Source of the DNA: an uncultured delta proteobacterium
GTDB lineage: Bacteria > Desulfobacterota > Binatia > Binatales > Binataceae
Reading direction: 5' to 3'
DNA length: 64,000 nucleotides
Assembly (NCBI GenBank): GCA_963788205.1
Contig: CAWBGG010000003.1
Coordinates: 21,083-85,082, forward strand
Each line of letters opens with the position of its first letter. The first letter of the stretch is position 1. The position numbers and the translations under genes were made by a program. This document shows positions 1-9,187 of the stretch, in pieces. The notes below the pieces were generated by a model, which searched no databases, had not been told where the DNA came from, and saw only the letters and a list, made by a program, of their open reading frames with translations.

Positions 1-227
1 GCTTCAACTTCCCGATCGGGCTGGCCTTCATCCGCGATCTTACGTTCCGAATCGGCTTGGCCAACATCCGCAGCAATATCCCACAGCTCGCGCGGCTGGT
101 CGAAAGCGGCCGGCTGGATCCGCGCCCGATCATTAGCCATCGCCTGGCGCTCGACGATGCACCGCACGGATATCGGATCTTCGACGAGCGTACCGACAAC
201 GCGCTCAAGGTGTTGCTCAAACCATAG
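1..227 (+). CDS. Zinc-dependent alcohol dehydrogenase (MDR family), C-terminal part; 5' end outside window
   Basis: Frame 3 reads ...GRLDPRPIISHRLALDDAPHGYRIFDERTDNALKVLLKP*, a typical MDR C-terminus. Confidence 0.8.
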   Translation, partial: FNFPIGLAFIRDLTFRIGLANIRSNIPQLARLVESGRLDPRPIISHRLALDDAPHGYRIFDERTDNALKVLLKP

Positions 228-279
228 TGGCCCGTCAATCAGTCATTTCAGAATAAGCATTTCAGGATAAGGTGGTCCC

Positions 280-1092
280 GTGGCAGAAGAATTGATCAAG
301 GTTAGAGTCGAAGGCGAGATCGCCTACATCGCGCTTAATCGTCCGGACAAGCGCAATGCGATCAGCAACGCGGTGCTGCGCGCGATTCCGGACGCGCTGG
401 CCAACGCCGATCAACCCGGCGTGCGCGCGATCATTGTGTACGGCGAGGGCGCAGTGTTCTCGGCGGGAATTGATTTCAGCTCGTTTGGCGGCGAGGGCAG
501 CGTGCAGGGCAACTCCGGCGCCGGACGCGCGGACCTGAGCCGCTTTCGCAACTTCATTGCGGAATCGCAGGCGGCGCTCAATCGTTTCGAGGCGATCGAG
601 AAGCCCGTCATCGCCGCGCTGCACGGCTATGTTGGCGGACTAGGGCTGGAACTGGCGCTGGCCTGCGACGCGCGCATCGCGGCCGCCGGCACGCGGCTCG
701 GGATGCCCGAAACGCGCATCGGTTTGATCCCCGACGTTGGCGGCACCACGCGCCTGACGCGCACGGTCGGATATGCGCGGGCCAAGGAATTGATCATGAC
801 CGCGCGCATGATCGACGCCGAAGAGGCCTCGCAGATCGGTCTGGTGAATCGCGTGGTCGAGAGCGGGCGGCATATTCAGGCCGCCGAGGAGCTGGCGCGC
901 GAGATAGCGCGCAACGCTCCGCTTGCCGTCGGGCTCGCCAAGCGGATCATCGATCGCGGCCACGGGCTGGACAAGATGAGCTTCATGGAGCTCGAAGCTC
1001 TCGCACAGAGTGCGTTGCTTTTGACCGAGGACTTTGCGGAAGGTGCGCAGGCTCTCGCGCAGCGCCGCGATCCGAAATTCAAGGGACGCTGA
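280..1092 (+). CDS. Enoyl-CoA hydratase/isomerase family protein
   Basis: LNRPDKRNAI, FSAGID, GGLGLELALACD and MPETRIGLIPDVGG crotonase motifs. Confidence 0.92.
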   Translation: MAEELIKVRVEGEIAYIALNRPDKRNAISNAVLRAIPDALANADQPGVRAIIVYGEGAVFSAGIDFSSFGGEGSVQGNSGAGRADLSRFRNFIAESQAALNRFEAIEKPVIAALHGYVGGLGLELALACDARIAAAGTRLGMPETRIGLIPDVGGTTRLTRTVGYARAKELIMTARMIDAEEASQIGLVNRVVESGRHIQAAEELAREIARNAPLAVGLAKRIIDRGHGLDKMSFMELEALAQSALLLTEDFAEGAQALAQRRDPKFKGR

Positions 1093-2072
1093 GCCGAATC
1101 TCGATCTCGCCCTGCCAGCTTGCGCCGGGTGCGAGCTCGCGCGCACCCGCATCGATGCCGCGCGTGGCCAGGTTGAACGCGTCCGGCGCGCAGGAGTAGG
1201 GCTCGATTGCGACCACCGGACGATCGAGCGGCGCGTAAACTACCCAGTCGCCGAAGCCGCTGTCAGTCTCTTACTTCCACTGCGATCTTCATTGAAGAAT
1301 CGATCAGCCTACCGCAGATCATTCCGTCGGCGCCGGGCTCGGCCTCGTGGAATACATCATCGTAGCTTTCGTTGCCGAGCTGACGGGGCGATTTCAGATC
1401 GTACTTGCCGCTCACCGGCTCGTCGTGCCCGGTCGGGATCAGGTGTTCGTCCAGCATCCGCCGCTGCGCGCATGGTAACTGGATTTGCAAGCCGGCCCGC
1501 GTCCCGGACGGATTCAGCGGGGCGCGAAAATACGGATGCGCGCCGAAACCGAACGGCATCGGCGACGTTCCGGTGTTTGCGACCGTGGCCGTGATACGCA
1601 ATCCCTTGCCGATCTCATAATCCAGAGTGAGCCGGAACGGATACGGCCACACCGACGTGAGCTGCGGGTCGGACGCCGACTCGAGTTCGGCGGTGAAGTA
1701 GTACGGACCGCGGCGCGAGACTCGGAACGGGCGATCGCAGATCAAGCCGTGAATCGCGTGGCCACGCGCCGGCTCGTTGACCGGCAGCGCGTGCTCCTTG
1801 CCCTTCCATCTAAACTTGGCGTGAGCGATTCGCCCCGGCCATGGAAACAAAATCGGGATTCCGCTGGAATGCGGCTTGGCGGCCAGCGCCTCGACACTTG
1901 GGCTGCCCCAGATCACTTCGAGCGATCCAACCCGATAGCCGAGACAACCGCATCCGAGATCCGCAACAAAGCGCGCAGTCTCATTTTGTGCCTCTATCGC
2001 GATGATCTCCACGGCAAACTCCTGTCGCTCGAAACCGCCCTTATGCTTGCAGGCAACGCGGGCCGATCCCAC
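1079..2072 (-). CDS. Aldose 1-epimerase (galactose mutarotase-like), frameshift near 1268
   Basis: GIPILFPWPGRI, HAIHG and FGAHPYF motifs; the shifted frame continues ...WVVYAP...VAIEPYSCAPDAFN... to a stop at 1079. Confidence 0.85.
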
Positions 2073-2230
2073 TTGGCGCGCGGCTGTCTCTATCCTTAAG
2101 GATGCCAGTCTGGGCGCAGGTTCGTAAACCGCCCGTCCGCAAATGGGCGGCGCACCATCAGCGTCGGGTTAGATCAAACGGGGTTGCTGAACCGGTTCCA
2201 TGTGGCCCGGAACCGGAAGAGAAGACACGA

Positions 2231-2551
2231 TCAGCGGTCGCGATCGCGGCCGCCGCCCATTCCGCGTCGTTCGCCGCCACCGCCTCCACCACCACCGCCG
2301 CCGCTACGGGCCTGAGCTTCGTTGACGCGAATCGCGCGTCCTTTCAGATCTCGGCCGTTGAGCTTTTTGATTGCGGCGTCGGCGGCTTCATCGGTCGCCA
2401 TCTCGACGAAGCCGAATCCTCGCGAGCGATTGGTAGCGCGGTCGATGATCACTTGTGAACTCTCGACCTTGCCTGCCTCGGCGAAGACATCCTGCAAATC
2501 CTGATCGGTCACTCCCCAAGCCAGATTACCTACATACAGTCTGCGGCCCAT
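2231..2551 (-). CDS. RRM RNA-binding protein with Gly-rich tail
   Basis: RNP2 LYVGNL and RNP1 RGFGFVEM. Confidence 0.95.
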   Translation of the reverse strand: MGRRLYVGNLAWGVTDQDLQDVFAEAGKVESSQVIIDRATNRSRGFGFVEMATDEAADAAIKKLNGRDLKGRAIRVNEAQARSGGGGGGGGGGERRGMGGGRDRDR

Positions 2552-3152
2552 TAAGCTCTCCTAGCGCTCCTCTGCTCCGTTGCGCACTTCATTTTCTACT
2601 CCCGGCCAAGTGCTCGCAGCGAGCATCCAGGCAAGTAGGCAGGCGGCGCTTGCGCAGTTGCGCCTTATATAGCACCGCGAGCCTCGGAAATACAGATGTT
2701 CTGCCTATCACGAGTGGAGCCCAAAATGCCAAGGGTCGAGCCCTTTTGGCGTGCCAGCCTGATTGACAATTCCGGCGAAGCCTTCGATCCAACACCTAAC
2801 CAGACGGCTTTCCGCGCGGAATGGCGCGTCTCACGTTGCAAAAACGTCAGTTTCGGCATATGCGGTGGGAATCGCTATTGAGAAGGGCGGACCGAAGAGG
2901 TAGCAGGCAATAGGTATCGAGGCCGAAGCCCGAATTCGACTTTTGCTCATAACACCGCAATCTCTGCGTAACGCAGTTCTGCCCGACCATCGGCGGCGTA
3001 TGCGGTGCAAGGGAAACTCGCTGCAGAAATTCGCACGAGCGCCGGTGACCGATGTATAAGTACTCCGAAGTCGATTGGCGGGCACCATCGCGAAGGCGAC
3101 TGAATATAGCCGAAAAACGCCTGCGCATCGGTTTGAAATAAGGAGTCCAGTG

Positions 3153-3551
3153 ATGAAAGGAAGCTGCCTGTGCGGCGCCGTTGAGTATGAGGCGAGCGGC
3201 AGGCCCCTCAGTTTCGGGTTCGATCATTGCTCGCGATGCCGAAAATCCAGTGGCTCGGCATTTGCCGTCTGGCTGCTCTGCGAGCGAGCCAACTTCCGCT
3301 GGCTGGCCGGTGAGCCGCTCGTCACCGAATACGTTGCGCCGGTCAGGGATACGCCGCCTGGATACTCTCGGACTTTCTGCCGCGTATGCGGCGGCCCATT
3401 GCCCACTTCACGCGATGACGTAGTTATTATTCCGGCCGGGACGCTCGATGATGACCCCGGCTTGCGCCCGCAGGGTCACATATTCGTCGAGTGCAAGGCG
3501 CCGTGGTTTGAAATTACCGATACCCTGCCACGCTTCGCCCGCAAGCCATGA
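3153..3551 (+). CDS. GFA (CENP-V-like) family protein
   Basis: GSCLCGAV, HCSRCRK, FCRVCG, HIFVECKAPW; AGGAG upstream of the start. Confidence 0.9.
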   Translation: MKGSCLCGAVEYEASGRPLSFGFDHCSRCRKSSGSAFAVWLLCERANFRWLAGEPLVTEYVAPVRDTPPGYSRTFCRVCGGPLPTSRDDVVIIPAGTLDDDPGLRPQGHIFVECKAPWFEITDTLPRFARKP

Positions 3552-3612
3552 TCCCGGGGTCATCTGGCTGCCGCTATCTACTCCTCTACTACGTAGCTAC
3601 TCGCAATTGTGC

Positions 3613-3641
3613 TTGTACATCAGTCCCGAGTTGTGTACGTT
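3613..3641 (+). promoter_or_regulatory. Candidate sigma70 promoter for 3692..4072
   Basis: TTGTAC-N17-TACGTT with TG extension, in an AT-rich patch. Confidence 0.45.
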
Positions 3642-3691
3642 ACTAACATGTTAACTAGCACATCAAGCGGGGGAGAAGGAGCATCGTTCTA

Positions 3692-4072
3692 ATGCCACGA
3701 CGACGAACCAATGACGGAGCGCCGGGTTCGGCATTTTCGCAAATCCAGCGCCAGGCGCGCTCTCTGCTCTCCAACCTGCGCAAGGAAATTCGCGGCAAGG
3801 AAATAGAGCTCAGGCGTCTCAAAGAAGAAGAAGCCAGACTCGGTGGACTCACCGGAAAGGCCGCATCGATGGGCGCCGTCGGAGTGGGAGCGGGTAGAAT
3901 CAACTGGCGTGCGGTGCTCAGTCAGGTTCCCAAACAGTTCAAGGCCGCGGACGTTCGGCGCGTGCGTGGACTGAAAGATAAGCGGCCCTCCGAGATCTTC
4001 GCCGCGGTCACCCGCTGGATCGAGGCCGGAATGGTCAAACGGCGCGCGCGCGGCCAGTACGAGCGGACCTGA
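3692..4072 (+). CDS. Basic hypothetical protein; N-terminal coiled coil plus probable C-terminal HTH-like domain
   Basis: AAGGAG RBS; Arg/Lys-rich; heptad-like LRKEIRGKEIELRRLKEEEARL; ends ...AAVTRWIEAGMVKRRARGQYER. Confidence 0.7.
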   Translation: MPRRRTNDGAPGSAFSQIQRQARSLLSNLRKEIRGKEIELRRLKEEEARLGGLTGKAASMGAVGVGAGRINWRAVLSQVPKQFKAADVRRVRGLKDKRPSEIFAAVTRWIEAGMVKRRARGQYERT

Positions 4073-4281
4073 ACCGCGGCGCTTCCGGGCCGATCGCGAT
4101 CGCATAAGCGCCGGCGACAGTGCCTACCGCGTGCTGAGGGAAGACGGAGGCCTGAAACTATCCAGACCCAGCCGCTCAGCCAGTCGGATGCTTCGAGCGA
4201 TAAAGAGGCCCACTGACTTGTTCTCCCGCGATCGCGAAATTTGACAATTGCTGTCGGGAGGTGTTTCGGAGACAGCAAGAT

Positions 4282-4852
4282 ATGCGCAGGTTGCTGCTGC
4301 TCGCGAGCGTCACAGGATTTCTCGCCTGCTTGGTGCTACGCGGACAAGCACAGGCTGCCAGCCTCGACTTGGAAGGAACGGCATCGCTCGCGCCAAGCGG
4401 GGTATGCACGAAAACCAGTTGTTCGGGCAGTTTGACCGCTTCTCTAGCCGGCCCGCCAATCGGCACCACGAGCGAAACCCTCACGCTGAACCTGGTTCTT
4501 GATCCGCGCCAGGCGAGCACTGTCACGAGCTGCTACCCAACGGGCGGCTACGGGGGGATTGGGCAATGGCTATTCGGCAACTTTCGTCGGCGAGATCTGC
4601 CCCGCATACGATTACTTCAAGCTCAGCGGCACTGTCGGACTCAACACCGCCGACCTGTGCGCGTCACCGCGGCAGGTGCTGAGCGGGCAGCTCAGTGCGT
4701 ACGGACAGATCCATACAACCGGACCGACGCCTGCGCCGTCGCCTAAGCCAAGCCCGAAACACCCGGCGAACCCGATATGGCCGATCGATCAGGCGCTCGT
4801 GAGCATCATGGGCGTCGCGTCGCAATTGCCCGCGCCTTGTCCGTCGCCATAG
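4282..4852 (+). CDS. Secreted Cys-containing hypothetical protein, frameshift at a G-run near 4555; paralogue of 8329..9090
   Basis: Signal peptide MRRLLLLASVTGFLACLVLRGQAQA; two ORF halves join; motifs shared with 8329..9090. Confidence 0.65.
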
Positions 4853-4864
4853 AAAACCGGCGAG

Positions 4865-4904
4865 TTGTAGATTGCGGCAAAATCAGTAATTCGCCACACA
4901 CAGG
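4865..4904. repeat. 40-bp direct repeat, copy 1 (identical to 6208..6247)
   Basis: TTGTAGATTGCGGCAAAATCAGTAATTCGCCACACACAGG. Confidence 0.95.
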
Positions 4905-4965
4905 GAAAGCGGTTTCTCTGGGCGTTGCGTGCCGACCGGATGCGAAGCCCCCGCCCTCGGCCGCT

Positions 4966-5064
4966 GGAAAACGCCGTGGACCAAACCCGGCTAAAACCTT
5001 GCAGAGGAAAGGCCGTTTGGTGTACACGGTGAGTTGGATCGGAGAGGCAAAACGGAAATCCCGG
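4966..5064 (+). promoter_or_regulatory. Conserved ~100-bp promoter/leader; second copy at 49543..49638 (-)
   Basis: Aligns to the reverse complement of 49543..49638; contains TTGCAG-N18-TACACG. Confidence 0.65.
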
Positions 5065-5260
5065 TTTACCGCGACCCGATGGATGCCTGATGCGGCGCGC
5101 GACGAAACGAACGACCTGGAAACGCATGTGATCAATCTTGCGGATTGCAGCTAAAGGCAGATCGCCCCTGTCGCCGCAGAGGCGATCGCCTGAGCTTGCA
5201 AACCGCTTGATGGCGGTGCCAGTCTGAATCAGGATCAAAATCGATCATCCCCCTACTGAG

Positions 5261-5947
5261 ATGACACCGTTCGCGCCACGACTTGCGATCCTTCTCTTGC
5301 CGGCCATGCTGTTATTGGTCGCGCGGCAATCGCTGGCCGAGATGTGGTGTGGCGATGGTCCCGGAACGGCCCTCAGCCATCCTTGTACCGACGACGACGA
5401 CAGCCCGGCAGTGTCCGATGCGATCGCGAAGTATCAGGACCAGTGGATCCAGCTTGACGGAGTGTGGAGTATCCGCGAGGGCGACATATATGAAAATCGT
5501 GTCGCGGACATCGAGGTTCATGTCGAGCCCGCCTCTATGGACTCGGTGAGAAAACAGATTCCGCCATTCGTGGACGGGATTCCGGTCGTGCTTGTTCCGG
5601 GCAAGACGCCTGACGCCACGGGGGGGTTCTCGTCCTTCTCCGTCCGCTTATCAAGTGATCCGGCGGAAAACGCTCGGCGCGCCGAGCAAGAACGCGCTCA
5701 GCAAGAAAAAGATCGCGCGCGGGCTGAAGATTTGTACAATTCCTGCACCGCGGTTATGCAGAAGTACCGCGACGTCTGGGATAGCCTGCCGGGAGTGACG
5801 GGAATGGGTGCCAAGTGTGATGGCGACCATGGCTGCGATTTCACTACGATCCAGGTCACTGTCCAGCGCGAGCTTCTGCCCGAGGCTCGCCGGGAGATTC
5901 CAGACTCCGTGGACGGCGTGCGGATAGTGCTGACTCCTCTGGACTGA
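5261..5947 (+). CDS. Secreted hypothetical protein with two internal repeat domains
   Basis: Signal peptide; KYQDQW..GV..IEVHV..IPPFVDGIPVVL and KYRDVW..GV..IQVTV..IPDSVDGVRIVL. Confidence 0.75.
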   Translation: MTPFAPRLAILLLPAMLLLVARQSLAEMWCGDGPGTALSHPCTDDDDSPAVSDAIAKYQDQWIQLDGVWSIREGDIYENRVADIEVHVEPASMDSVRKQIPPFVDGIPVVLVPGKTPDATGGFSSFSVRLSSDPAENARRAEQERAQQEKDRARAEDLYNSCTAVMQKYRDVWDSLPGVTGMGAKCDGDHGCDFTTIQVTVQRELLPEARREIPDSVDGVRIVLTPLD

Positions 5948-6118
5948 ACTAAAACAAGGCGTCATGAGGGCGTCCAACCCGCTTATGCCGTTGATCTTAG
6001 CCTGGTAGTTTTCGCAGGCTGCTTGCGTTGCGAACGGCCCAACCTGCGCGAAGACCTCGCTACGAAGAATCAGAAAATACCAAACAAGCGGCGTCACCAG
6101 AAACGTCCGTTTTCGCAT
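5948..6118 (-). CDS. Possible small secreted peptide or remnant; frame runs on antisense into 5261..5947
   Basis: GGAG upstream; MRKRTFLVTPLVWYFLILRSEVFA-QVGPFATQAACE...TPCFS resembles a signal peptide plus a 2-Cys peptide. Confidence 0.35.
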
Positions 6119-6192
6119 GGGCGGTCGCTCCCCCGAATCCTTCCGAGCCGCCAGCGGCGTGCAACCCCGGCGCGCGCCAATCGCGCACCGTT

Positions 6193-6247
6193 CCTGTGTG
6201 AGGCAAATTGTAGATTGCGGCAAAATCAGTAATTCGCCACACACAGG
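6193..6247. repeat. 55-bp imperfect palindrome containing direct-repeat copy 2 (6208..6247)
   Basis: CCTGTGTGAGGCAAATTGTAGATT-GCGGCAA-AATCAGTAATTCGCCACACACAGG. Confidence 0.9.
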
Positions 6248-6364
6248 CCCAAAGCCCCAGTATCACATCACATTCGGAGTTTTGTGCAACGACAGTGGCA
6301 TTTCTGGTCTTGACTCGGTCGCTGAAACAGCTTTCCGCAAATCTGACCGACGCCGATTGGCCGC

Positions 6365-8092
6365 CTACTTTAGCCGAGTCGCGGTCTGCGCCGCGCGGGC
6401 TGTCGTCATATTGCCGGTGGGAGTAAAGGTATCCGTTCAACGGATCGTAGATTTCCGCAGTCGGGGTCGCCTGAGTCAGCATTTGGATGCAGGCTCCCAA
6501 GCTTGGCGGGGGCGGGCAGACAGGTGGCGGCAACGGAATGGCGGGAGTTGCTCCGCCCGCGATCAGCACCCGGCCGTCTTTCAACAGAGTGGCAGTATGC
6601 CCGATGCGCGGCATTGTCATGCTGCCGGTCGGTCTGAAAGTCCCCGTCGCGGGATCATAAAGTTCGGCGCTTTGCTGGATGCCCATGGTTCGACGCGAAT
6701 CCACCCACAATCAGCACTTCGCCGTTCATCAGTAGGGTGGCAGTGTGATCGCCGCGTCCGACCCCCATCGCTCCCGTCTCTGAGAAGGTTCCGCTGGCTG
6801 GGTCGTAAAGCTCGGCGTCGTTGAGGTCAGATTGATCGTCGCTGTTTCCTTGGCCACCAGCATCGAGTACCCGGCCATCGCTGAGAGTCGTTGCGCTGAA
6901 TGAAACCTCGCTCCCGACCCTGGCGACAATCAGGCTGCCTGTGAGCGCGAAAGTACCAGTCGAAGGATCGTAGAGACTCGGCGCTCTTGCTATCGTCTGG
7001 TGACGAGCCTACTACGAGTACCGCTCCGGACTGTAGCAGCGCAGCCTCGTGCCCGCTGCGGCGATGAATCATCTTGCCGGTGGGGGTGAAAGTCCCTGAA
7101 GAGGGATCGTAGAGCTCGGCCTTCGCGAGATTGAGGTAACCCTCACACGCCCCATAAGGGCTATTAGCCAGGCAGAACCATCCCTGCCCGCCTGCTACCA
7201 GCACCTGGCCGTTTGCAAGCCGGGTGGCGGTCTGACTTATGAGGACCAAATTAGTGTTGCCGGTTGGCTGGAAAGTAGCCGCCATTGGGTCATACAGCTC
7301 GGTCGTGTCCTCGCAAGTTATGACGCAGCCACTCAGCGACGGTCCGCAGAGCAACAGTTCCGGCGCGGTCGTGGTGCAAGTGCCGGCCGCGCCGACCATC
7401 AGCACCCCACCGTTGCCTAGAAGCGTGGTGGTCTGTCCGGCGCGAGGTGCGACCATGCCGCCGGTGGCCGCAAAAGTGCCTGAAGCGGAATCGTACAATT
7501 CGGCGGTAGCGATCGCGGAGCCGGAGTCGTCGGCACCGCCGGCAATGAGTACCGAACCAGCGTCGCCACTGGACGTAGCAGGCCAGAGCCGCCCGAGCAA
7601 TCTCAGTCTGTGCGGACTGCCTGCCGCATCGTCCGAGATCGTCAGCGTGCCCTTGCGCAATGCAGATTGCCCACCGCCGGAGACGTCCGTCGCCGGAACT
7701 GCGCCGTTGAAAGCGACTTCAAGCGTGCAACTGGAATCGCCGGCGAGCACGCTTCCGCAGGTATCACTTTCAAGGATGAAGCGCGCGCCCTTTACAGTGA
7801 CGCCGGTGATAGCTATCGGCGCGCTACTCTTGTTGAGCAGTGTGACGGACTGCCCTTGGCTGTGGCGCCGATCGAACGAGAGCTCGCGGGGACTATACGA
7901 CAATACCGGGCGAAGAGGCCCACCCTTCAATCCAAGCTCTGCCGCCCCGGCTCTGTAGGCCGGTATAGCGATAGAAATCACAGCAACGAGCAGCGTGATT
8001 AGCTGGTACGAAGTGACAACTGCGCAAGGCGTCGGCGATAATTTCGGCGCGCCGCCCCGTCTGCCGGATCTCCTCCTGCTCGTGGTTTTCAT
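6365..8092 (-). CDS. Secreted Ig-like (choice-of-anchor D/ASH-like) plus kelch-repeat protein, several frameshifts
   Basis: Repeated AELYDPxxGTFxxTGxMxxxRxGHTATLLxxGxVLIAGG across frames; GTLTISDDAAGSPH Ig-like motif; last frame ends TATRLK* at 6365. Confidence 0.8.
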
Positions 8093-8328
8093 CGCCTCGT
8101 TCGCGGCTTCAGAGCGATCCTCTCTCTCCTCGAAACTTTGCGCAAGTCGCCTGAAGACGTAGATTGGCATGCGAGCCTGCCGCTCCCGCGCGGGCAATCT
8201 GTGAGCGCCAACAACCGCATGCTGAAGTTCGACCGTCCTGCCGCGACCGCGCGGCGTTGAATTTGCAGGAGGGCTATGCCTCGGACTACGGTATAAGGGA
8301 GCAAGGCGGCGGCCCGGCCTGACGCGAA

Positions 8329-9090
8329 ATGAAAATGATGAAGCCAAGCGTATTGTGGATACTGTTGATCGTGGCTCCGCTTCCCGGAACTTATGCGCGC
8401 GCTCAATCCAGTCCAACTCTGAACCTCGAGGGAGTTGGCGGTGCGGCACCTGTTATATCCTCCGCGACACCGGGAAACGGTTGTGCGGCTGGTTTCTGCC
8501 AAGGTAGCTTTGCCGCCACGCTATCCGGCCAGCTCGCGGGCCCGGTTGATTCGCAGCCCCTGGCGATAAATCTCCAGGTCCAACTTCCCCTGCCGACGCC
8601 GACTTCGACACCAGCGAGCGCAAGCTCCAATGTGATTGCGGATCCCACAACCATCCAGGTCGCGAAGTCCAAGAAACCGCCCACTCTAAAGCAACGAGTC
8701 AAGGACCTTGAGCAAGAAGTGCAATCGCTTATGACCGGCTTCCAGAACCTCCAGCAGGAGGTCCTGAATCTTGAAGAGGGTGTCGGTGGCACTCCCTTCT
8801 ATGGAGCAGGATGCTATCCCGCCTCGGGCTCAGGCACTTTCGAGGGTAGTCAATACGACGTTGGTTTCGAAGGACTGTTCTGTTCGTCAGGCGGAATGGA
8901 GGAGTTAACCGGCGCCATTTGGATTGTTGCTCAGCCGCTGAGCGCAGAGAACGAAACCTGGGCCACCGGCACTCTGGTGGCGTCGGGCGCGCTCCACGTG
9001 GCCGCAGTCGGCAATCCGGTGGGGGGCAGCGGCCCGATGGTTGTCAGCGTGATCGGCGCTGTCGGCGAGGTTCCGGCAATAGTTCCGTGA
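8329..9090 (+). CDS. Secreted Cys-containing hypothetical protein with a coiled-coil insertion
   Basis: Signal peptide; LKQRVKDLEQEVQSLMTGFQNLQQEVLNLEE; paralogous to 4282..4852. Confidence 0.75.
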   Translation: MKMMKPSVLWILLIVAPLPGTYARAQSSPTLNLEGVGGAAPVISSATPGNGCAAGFCQGSFAATLSGQLAGPVDSQPLAINLQVQLPLPTPTSTPASASSNVIADPTTIQVAKSKKPPTLKQRVKDLEQEVQSLMTGFQNLQQEVLNLEEGVGGTPFYGAGCYPASGSGTFEGSQYDVGFEGLFCSSGGMEELTGAIWIVAQPLSAENETWATGTLVASGALHVAAVGNPVGGSGPMVVSVIGAVGEVPAIVP

Positions 9091-9187
9091 GTGCGGGTCT
9101 CTTGCTCGATGGATAACAAGTGTTCGGCCTCCGCGACCTCGCTCAGCTAATGTCGATGCCCACGCGCGGAGGCTGAAGCTCGCTTCC

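Noticed and set aside
225-240. Lone TIR-like ends (TAGTGGCCCGTC at 225, GATCCACTAG near 17073, GTAGTGGCCGGGTTT at 12711)
   Set aside because: No convincing partner end; may be relics but cannot be supported
2250-2305. GGC/GGT-rich low-complexity tract
   Set aside because: Encodes the ordinary Gly-rich tail of the RRM protein
2670-3150. About 480-bp intergenic stretch with the short palindrome CTGCGTAACGCAG
   Set aside because: No credible ORF, RNA motif or second copy found by eye; an Rfam scan would be needed
4545-4560. Programmed frameshifting or phase variation at the G-run
   Set aside because: Indels are widespread in this part of the window, so sequencing error is more parsimonious
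5040-5090. Possible c-di-GMP-I riboswitch (GGCAAAAC...GAAA)
   Set aside because: The GACGCAAAGC segment and second hairpin are missing
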